Below are positions 57,116 through 64,000 of a DNA stretch of 64,000 nt, one piece after another. The stretch's first letter is position 1, and every line of letters starts with the position of its first letter. A program made the position numbers and the translations under genes. Source of the stretch: Candidatus Kaiserbacteria bacterium RIFCSPLOWO2_01_FULL_50_24. Lineage in GTDB: Bacteria; Patescibacteriota; Minisyncoccia; Phycocordibacterales; UBA2100. The notes beneath the pieces are model-generated. The model was not told where the DNA came from. It saw only the letters and a list, made by a program, of their open reading frames with translations, and ran no database searches. The stretch is from contig MFLU01000010.1 of the NCBI GenBank assembly GCA_001783335.1, positions 30,122 to 94,121 of the forward strand. Direction: 5' to 3'.

Positions 57116-57255
57116 GGCCTGTCCTATCCTTTCCTTGGTTTGGATTACGTAAAAGACCAGACTCTGCCGATATCTTACTCTAGAGTCCCAGAATAGCAAA
57201 AATTTTCATATCAATATCTGCTTCCGCATCTTTGTGATATATGATATAAGATTGT

Positions 57256-58698
57256 ATGCCAAAAGAGCTTGCGCTGACTCGCTTTGATACGCCTCACGTA
57301 CCGCGGCCACATGTAAATGCCATCGTTCGTCCACATCACTTCTTCTCACCCGAAGATCGCCGAAGGGCCGCTCTCATCGCTGGCTGGAACGTATTCCAGT
57401 TTCCGTCTGAAATGCTTCAGGGTGGTGATTTACTTTCGGATTCCGGTACAACGACACTAACCCTTGAGCAACTTTCAGCCATGGTTTTAGGTGACGAGGC
57501 ATATGGAAGCAATTGGGGGTATTTCCAGTTACTTGAAACATTTGAAAAAACATTCGGCATTTCACAGAAAACTTGGAACATATATCTTTTTCATCAAGGT
57601 CGTGCGGCCGAACATGCTCTCTACTCGCACATTGGCAAGAGCGGTCTTGTGATACCTTCAAACGGATTTTTTGATACCACACGTGCAAACGCTGAAGCAA
57701 ATGGCATTAGAGCGCTTGATATACCAAGAGTACGCTATACAAAAAATGAGATTTTTGGAGGAGATATAGACCTCGTCGAACTTGAACGTACGCTGAAAAC
57801 GCATACCGCATCAGTGCCATTTGTACTTCTTACCATCACAAACAACACCGGTGGCGGCCAGCCGGTCTCTATGGAGAACATACAAGAGGTGCGGACATTG
57901 TGTAAACGCTATAAAACGTCACTATTTCTAGACGCATGCCGATTTGCTGAAAACGCGTGGTTTATCAAGCGGCACGAAGCGGGCCATGCACAAAAATCAA
58001 TCTCAAAGATTGTGCATGACATGTTCTCACTATGTGACGGATTTACTATCTCACTCAAAAAAGACGGTCTCTCGCACATGGGGGGTGCGTTGGTGATTCG
58101 TAACTCCGCTCCCCTCCTCAAACATAAACCGCAACTTGCGGAGGAGTTGCGCGATCACCAAATACTTACCGAAGGACATCCAACGTACGGCGGTATGACG
58201 GGTCGAGACATTATGTCTGCTGTGGAGGGGTTACGGCATGTTGTGGACGAGCATTACCTTGAGGGGCGTATTGGGCTTGTGCATGATTTTGGGTCATACC
58301 TTGCAAAACTTGGAATTCCGATTGTGAAGCCCGTGGGAGGACATGCGGTGTATATAGATGTAGACCGTTTTTTTGCCGGAACCAAGATGAAGCGCGAAGA
58401 TTTTGGCGGCATATCACTTACGGCGCTGTTACTTCTTAAGGGTGTGCGCTTATGCGAGTTGGGTGCATTTGCATTTGGAACATATGATTCAAAAGCAAAA
58501 AAGGATGTGCTTCCTCCAAAAAATTATGTGCGCGCCGCGGTGCCGAGAAATAAGTACGAACAGAACGATTTATATTATGTTGCCGATTGCATAAAGGGGC
58601 TTTTTGAAAATCGGGAGAAACTGCCCAGAGCAGTCCCAACGTATGGAAGAGATAAAACCCTGCGACATTTTAAAGCGCGATTTAGACTCGAGTGGTAG
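57256..58698 (+). CDS. Beta-eliminating lyase (tryptophanase / tyrosine phenol-lyase family)
   Basis: It has the PLP-lysine region KKDGLSHMGG, plus SGTT and GDEAYGSN motifs and about 470 aa. Confidence 0.8.
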   Translation: MPKELALTRFDTPHVPRPHVNAIVRPHHFFSPEDRRRAALIAGWNVFQFPSEMLQGGDLLSDSGTTTLTLEQLSAMVLGDEAYGSNWGYFQLLETFEKTFGISQKTWNIYLFHQGRAAEHALYSHIGKSGLVIPSNGFFDTTRANAEANGIRALDIPRVRYTKNEIFGGDIDLVELERTLKTHTASVPFVLLTITNNTGGGQPVSMENIQEVRTLCKRYKTSLFLDACRFAENAWFIKRHEAGHAQKSISKIVHDMFSLCDGFTISLKKDGLSHMGGALVIRNSAPLLKHKPQLAEELRDHQILTEGHPTYGGMTGRDIMSAVEGLRHVVDEHYLEGRIGLVHDFGSYLAKLGIPIVKPVGGHAVYIDVDRFFAGTKMKREDFGGISLTALLLLKGVRLCELGAFAFGTYDSKAKKDVLPPKNYVRAAVPRNKYEQNDLYYVADCIKGLFENREKLPRAVPTYGRDKTLRHFKARFRLEW

Positions 58699-58741
58699 AA
58701 AAAGTCGCCATCCCAAATAATTGATATGGCGACTGGAATAT

Positions 58742-59260
58742 CTACTCTGGAGGGGGCTTGGCGCCGTGGCCGGTGCCGCGAACGTGCACGGGATCGGTGA
58801 GCTCACGAGACATGCGGTATGCACGTCCAAAGCCCTCCACGTAAAATGCCTCGAGCGGTTCAAGACAAAACAGAACAAAATCGGGAAGCGGCCGTATGCG
58901 CGCAAACGCCTCGCCAAACGTGTTCTCAAATTGCCCAATCGCCTCATTCCATTCGGGTGTCTGGCGCGGTATCTCGAGCACGAAACATGAAAATGTAATG
59001 CGCCTGCGCGCAAACAGATTCTCGGCGCTCGCCTCGTTCTCTATTACGAGTATGCTTGCGTCTCCCGTCATGCGAAGGTCTGCCGTGTGGCGCGAAAGTT
59101 CGCTTGTGTAAACGTAAAAATCTTTACCTTTTCGCACAAACGGCGCATAACTTGCCGTTGGCGTGCCTCCTACAGTGGACGTGGCAAGCTGAAGCGTCTT
59201 TTTTGACGCAAGCAGTTTTTGCGCCCGCGCCTCTATCTGACTCTTGATGTCGTCTTGCAT
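58742..59260 (-). CDS. Pyridoxamine 5'-phosphate oxidase-like FMN-binding split-barrel protein
   Basis: The N-terminal split-barrel pattern is TLQLATSTVGGTPTASYAPFV...FYVYTS. Confidence 0.55.
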   Translation of the reverse strand: MQDDIKSQIEARAQKLLASKKTLQLATSTVGGTPTASYAPFVRKGKDFYVYTSELSRHTADLRMTGDASILVIENEASAENLFARRRITFSCFVLEIPRQTPEWNEAIGQFENTFGEAFARIRPLPDFVLFCLEPLEAFYVEGFGRAYRMSRELTDPVHVRGTGHGAKPPPE

Positions 59261-59342
59261 TAATGCCTCCTTCTTGCTCCGAAAAGTACAATATCACAAA
59301 AGAATAGAGGTGCACAGTACTTAAACATAAGACAACTTAGAG

Positions 59343-59382
59343 AAACACACTCTCAATATCTTAAGATATTGAGAGTGTGTTT
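59343..59382. promoter_or_regulatory. Perfect 40-bp palindrome (aaacacactctcaatatc-ttaa-gatattgagagtgtgttt), about 85 nt upstream of the PNPOx-like gene
   Basis: It has 18-bp exact arms around a TTAA centre, which could be an operator-like site or a bidirectional hairpin. Confidence 0.6.
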
Positions 59383-59873
59383 ACTGGCGACATAGAGCGA
59401 GTGAAATGAAAATGTACTCATTTGCATTTCCGAGCCGAGCCCACACACTTACTTTTGGTTTTCGCTTTGCGCGTTCTGGCAAGCCAAAACAAACCGAAAG
59501 TAAGTGTGTGGGCCGCGGAGGGAGACAACCGGTGTTTAACGCCCCGTGGTCTCGCAATGCGCCGGTTTACGCGTCATTTTTTCTGCCACCACTACACCAT
59601 AATATAACGACACTACACATCTGAGCCGGTCGGCCCAGATGTGTAGTGTGTGGTTCGGTGACTATGCAGGCAAAGGAATTGACGAGTAGACAGATATGCA
59701 CGGCCTATACTGACAGCCTATACCAGAACAACTCACTTTCGAAATCGTCGCGTGTTATTCTTGTGAAAGAGAAAGATAATGGATTGTTGTGGTTGTAATC
59801 ACCGGGTTGATCGTGGGGATATTCATTGTGAACTGAAAGAGCGTACCGGCACTGCAGTGCCGGTCTTTTTTTG

Positions 59874-60470
59874 TCAGATGCCTTTTCTTCCGAGTGCGCG
59901 GACTTTTAGAAGCCAACGTTTTCTTTTTTCTTCCGGCACGTATTCCGCAGAACCGAACCACGTTAAGCGCGTGGCAAAACCGGCAAACCACAAAATCCCC
60001 CATCGCAGTTGCGTGTTCGCGCCCCCCGGTAAAAGTCGCACGATAAGCTGTGGCGTGCCGCTTGTCACGATGATACGTGCGGTTTTTCCGCGGTAGAGTC
60101 GGTGCCAAAAAATAGTGCTTGCGCCGTGCTTTGTTTTTATGTAGCGAAATGACGAGCCGGGAAGCCACGCGCGATCAAATAATCCTTTTGCCTTTGCGGG
60201 AAGACCATACCACCAAATAGGGTGCACGATAACGAAATGGTCGCACTCGCCAACATATTTCTGAAATTTCACCAAATCCGATTCCAGGTCTTGGACTGCC
60301 CGGTATCCTTGCTCGAGGTTCGCGTCAAACTGCATATCGCTGACATTCATTCTGTTCACCGTGTGCCCCGCTTCGTGAGCCGCCGATTCATACGCATCAG
60401 CGAGTTCGCAACACATGCCGTTTTTGTCGGGATGCGCGAGTAGAATAAAAATGTTTTTAACTGCGGCCAT
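59874..60470 (-). CDS. Flavodoxin-like fold NAD(P)H dehydrogenase (quinone) family protein
   Basis: The sequence ILLAHPDKNGMCCELADAY...HPIWWYGLPA is the Flavodoxin_2/NQO-like pattern. Confidence 0.7.
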   Translation of the reverse strand: MAAVKNIFILLAHPDKNGMCCELADAYESAAHEAGHTVNRMNVSDMQFDANLEQGYRAVQDLESDLVKFQKYVGECDHFVIVHPIWWYGLPAKAKGLFDRAWLPGSSFRYIKTKHGASTIFWHRLYRGKTARIIVTSGTPQLIVRLLPGGANTQLRWGILWFAGFATRLTWFGSAEYVPEEKRKRWLLKVRALGRKGI

Positions 60471-60671
60471 TGTGTTCTATTGTACCTGCGATACCAGAAA
60501 ACACAACCCGCACACTTACTCTGGCATTGCTTTTAATTCTGCCGACCGAACCATGTTGGTAGAGCGATTTTTATGAGATAACACAAGGTCAAGCACTGAA
60601 TATGTTGAAAAAGCAGAATAATGCCAAAGTAAGTGTGCGGGAAAGACACCAAGCGCAAGTAAGTGTGCGGG

Positions 60672-60986
60672 CTACGCGCGACAGGAAGCAAGAAAGCAGA
60701 GCGCCTGCACGTTGTCCTCACTCATTTGACGCGTTGGGCGCTTCGCGCCACATGTTGTGCATCGGTGAATAATGCGGTAGGTTGGACTCGAGCCCTCCAC
60801 GCGCGTTGGTTCCATCAAACCACCGCACTTGTTTGCCCTATCGCCGGGTTCGTTGTCCACATGTTTACTCCATAAACAACGCGGACAGTGATTGGTATAG
60901 CCGTTCCCCTTTACATCAAGACCACACCTATCACACGCGAAATCTTCAACTTGTTTTATGAAAACCATAGGTATAAGCAAATCCAA
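60672..60986 (-). CDS. RNHCP-domain zinc-ribbon protein
   Basis: It has CDRCG...TNHCPRCLWSKHVD...YRIIHRCTTCG. Confidence 0.6.
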   Translation of the reverse strand: MDLLIPMVFIKQVEDFACDRCGLDVKGNGYTNHCPRCLWSKHVDNEPGDRANKCGGLMEPTRVEGSSPTYRIIHRCTTCGAKRPTRQMSEDNVQALCFLASCRA

Positions 60987-61122
60987 ATTTCAAAGCTCAA
61001 ATGTCAAATAAAATCCAAAACTTAAATATCAAAAAGCCTGCGGTACAAAGAATTGTATGTGTTTAGTCATTTGGATTTTGGGCTTGGTTTGAACTTTGGA
61101 TTTTGTCATTTGGATTTAAACT
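60979..61122. repeat. Family-A MITE-like foldback element, second copy
   Basis: It matches 54 of 55 positions of 591-645. Confidence 0.75.
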
Positions 61123-61144
61123 ATTTGAACTTCTTGGTATGCAT

Positions 61145-62938
61145 TCACCGCACAATGACACTTGTCTCTTTTGTAACCATTTCCCCTCCTGCAACTTTAC
61201 ACCGAAATACAAACGTATGCTCTCCGGGAGCGAGGTCAGAGGTCTGAATTACCTTGTTAGAGCTCTCCTTGCTCTCGGAGATGCGCGCAATACCTTCGTC
61301 CGGTTTTTTGTGACCAACCTCGCATGTCACGTTGGGAAACGCCGTGCCAACACTTGTCCATGACACAAGTATCGGATCTCCTTTGTCCAATTCCTCTGAT
61401 TGCGTGATTATCAAAAGTATCGGCTTAAACTGTTGAGGAGTAGCGGGCAGCGCTATGTCGCCACTTTTCGGCACAACGCCAGGCACCGACCACAGAATGG
61501 GACCCACGCTTCGGCTTTGGGGCGGAGCATATTGTGGCTGTTGCGGCGACGCGTTACTGCTGCCGTATGGGTTTCCGATAGCAAAAGGACTTTGTGGAAC
61601 TGGGGGAGATGTGTATGTGTAACCATTGCTCGTATCTGGAATCGGACTCTGTACGTATTTATTGTACGAGCCAGAAGGCGATACCGTACCTTTGAAAAGT
61701 GCAGAAAACCTTGCTTCATATCCATTTACCCCTGTGCCAAGCTGATCACCCGGGCACCGCTTATACACACAACCCGGCCCCGCAAACCACGCGCGTGCCG
61801 CTCCACTCGGTCCATACTGAGCCATGTATTCGCCAAATTGATGCTCAAATACACGCTCTTGCATTTCTGGACTGTCTACAAATTGCTGGGGTGTCATACA
61901 TTGACCAACTTCGCACGTCCATTGGCGAACGTTTACTCCCATAACTTGGTACTTCCCATACGCCCTATCGCCCGTTCTCGTTATGGACCCGAGCTTGTAA
62001 TAATTGCAACCGCTTTCGGGAAAACAGATCGCATATTTTGCACGGTCCATATCCGAGAGTTCGCTTTGAGTAATGCTTGCGGGAGCATTCTGGTTGAACC
62101 CCGTGGCGCTCGGCACGCCGACATATGGAGTGTTTGGATCGCCGGAGGCGGCAACTGTGGAGTCTTGTTTTATTTCATCACTGATTCTCCCCACGTTCGA
62201 AATCACCTCATCGTTGAGCTTTAGTTCCCGCGCGATACTTTCCGCTCCAGTCTTGTTTCCTTCTGCCATCGCACGAAGCATATCTGATGCTCGATTGGGA
62301 TTGGATGCGATAACCTCGTTGGCATTCGCGACCCCCATAGTGCGCAATTGCTCGGCAAGTTGTTGCCTTCCCGCATCGGTGGAGGGATCGGCCGGAAGTG
62401 TTAGGGCGTTGAAGAGGCCGCGCGTTGAAGGGCCCTCTGCGATTACTTGCGCAAGACTCGGCGCTTGCTCCCGCGCAAGCGCTTCCAGTGACGATACGCT
62501 TTCTGAATCAATGGAGGCGCGGAATGCTTGATTTAATTTATTCTTGTCGCATTTTGATACAGTGATTTTCTTGGAGTCGGAAGAGTTTTTCAAAATAATG
62601 ACCACGCGCGGTGGGATTTGTCCCTTCGCACAACCATATTTTTCCTTGTCCGCTTCGGTACGGCATTCGCGTGTCGTCTGTATGCTCAAAGTAGAACTCA
62701 GCACTCTTTGGGTCAAAGTTATCTCTTCATCTGAACAAAGATCTGCACAGCTTACTTGCCTTTCGGCCTGTCCCTTTACGGCATCTTTTGATGTCAGCGT
62801 AACAGTTTGGCCTGATTTAAGGCATTGCGGTTCGGCGGCATATACAAATACAAAGGGTGCGCCAACACCAATAACGAACAAAGCCATCAACGCGCCCGAA
62901 AGTCGCATAGCTACCATTGTAGCAAGAATATGCTGCAT
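61145..62938 (-). CDS. Large secreted hypothetical protein (signal peptide; Cys-rich central domain, possibly lysozyme/SLT-like; C-terminal beta-rich domain)
   Basis: It has an N-terminal signal sequence. Only a weak family assignment is possible. Confidence 0.5.
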   Translation of the reverse strand: MQHILATMVAMRLSGALMALFVIGVGAPFVFVYAAEPQCLKSGQTVTLTSKDAVKGQAERQVSCADLCSDEEITLTQRVLSSTLSIQTTRECRTEADKEKYGCAKGQIPPRVVIILKNSSDSKKITVSKCDKNKLNQAFRASIDSESVSSLEALAREQAPSLAQVIAEGPSTRGLFNALTLPADPSTDAGRQQLAEQLRTMGVANANEVIASNPNRASDMLRAMAEGNKTGAESIARELKLNDEVISNVGRISDEIKQDSTVAASGDPNTPYVGVPSATGFNQNAPASITQSELSDMDRAKYAICFPESGCNYYKLGSITRTGDRAYGKYQVMGVNVRQWTCEVGQCMTPQQFVDSPEMQERVFEHQFGEYMAQYGPSGAARAWFAGPGCVYKRCPGDQLGTGVNGYEARFSALFKGTVSPSGSYNKYVQSPIPDTSNGYTYTSPPVPQSPFAIGNPYGSSNASPQQPQYAPPQSRSVGPILWSVPGVVPKSGDIALPATPQQFKPILLIITQSEELDKGDPILVSWTSVGTAFPNVTCEVGHKKPDEGIARISESKESSNKVIQTSDLAPGEHTFVFRCKVAGGEMVTKETSVIVR

Positions 62939-63186
62939 TAAAGCAATACTGTGGCTGTATTTCCGGAAAACTCCAGGACGCCAGAGCGTACTGGAAATTC
63001 CCGCGGCTCTTCGGACTGTGTGCGCACAGTGATAGTGCCGCCATTAAGCGTCGTTACGAGTGGCTCGTGGTGAGGAAGTACGGTTAACTCCCCATCTGAC
63101 CCGGGAAAAGTTGCGGAGAGCGCCACGCCGTCAAAGAGCGTCTCTCCGACGGAGGCGATAATTATGTGAAAAGTGTTCGCGCTCAT
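62938..63186 (-). CDS. atpC: F0F1 ATP synthase subunit epsilon (short form lacking the C-terminal helices)
   Basis: It has a beta-sandwich N-terminal domain pattern (VVSPEKTLFDGEV...LPHHEPL-like) and lies directly downstream of atpD. Confidence 0.8.
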   Translation of the reverse strand: MSANTFHIIIASVGETLFDGVALSATFPGSDGELTVLPHHEPLVTTLNGGTITVRTQSEEPREFPVRSGVLEFSGNTATVLL

Positions 63187-63268
63187 AGATTCACGATTTA
63201 GGACATATGATTAAAGAATTTTTATTCATAAATCTTAAATCGTACCTCTTGAATCTCCACCAACGAGT

Positions 63269-64000
<732 letters not shown>

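Overview
This 64-kb window is densely coding and reads like a chromosomal segment of a small-genome bacterium. Gene architecture suggests a CPR/Patescibacteria-like organism (inference): a 606-aa AlaRS that lacks the C-Ala domain, a 433-aa GluRS, and many small hypothetical membrane proteins. The standard genetic code is used, since TGA, TAG and TAA all act as stops. Several starts are GTG or TTG. The content is mostly housekeeping. It includes the distal alpha/spc ribosomal-protein cluster infA-rpmJ-rpsM-rpsK-rpsD-rpoA-rplQ followed by rplM-rpsI, the chaperone operon grpE-dnaK-dnaJ, and six aminoacyl-tRNA synthetase genes (alaS, trpS, aspS, gltX, cysS, leuS). Cell-envelope genes include mraY-ftsW-murG, a DacA-like S11 carboxypeptidase, an M23 peptidase, the S41 protease ctpA, and mltG. 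Also present are scpA/scpB, ychF, rpmA, rplI, and atpC with the partial atpD at the end. Five findings stand out. (1) A DNA-metabolism island at 3.2-7.8 kb contains an ATP-cone/PD-(D/E)XK fusion, a Cas4-like nuclease, a frameshifted MGMT gene, a frameshifted SET-domain gene and a family-4 UDG. It ends in a RAYT-type HUH transposase tightly flanked by REP palindromes, with a third REP copy 1.9 kb away. (2) A three-gene cassette at 24.1-27.7 kb encodes a PaaK-like adenylating enzyme, a tandem nitroreductase-like (Acg-type) protein and a ThiF/E1-like protein. It sits next to an orphan multi-TM sensor kinase and is the best candidate here for an undescribed modification system. (3) leuS carries a complete Nudix-box domain inserted after the editing domain. 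(4) A PurC-PurE fusion resembling PAICS is present. (5) At least five families of AT-rich hairpin repeats lie between ribosomal-protein genes and other genes, and some copies are embedded in-frame inside leuS and mnmA. No rRNA, tRNA or CRISPR array was recognised by eye.
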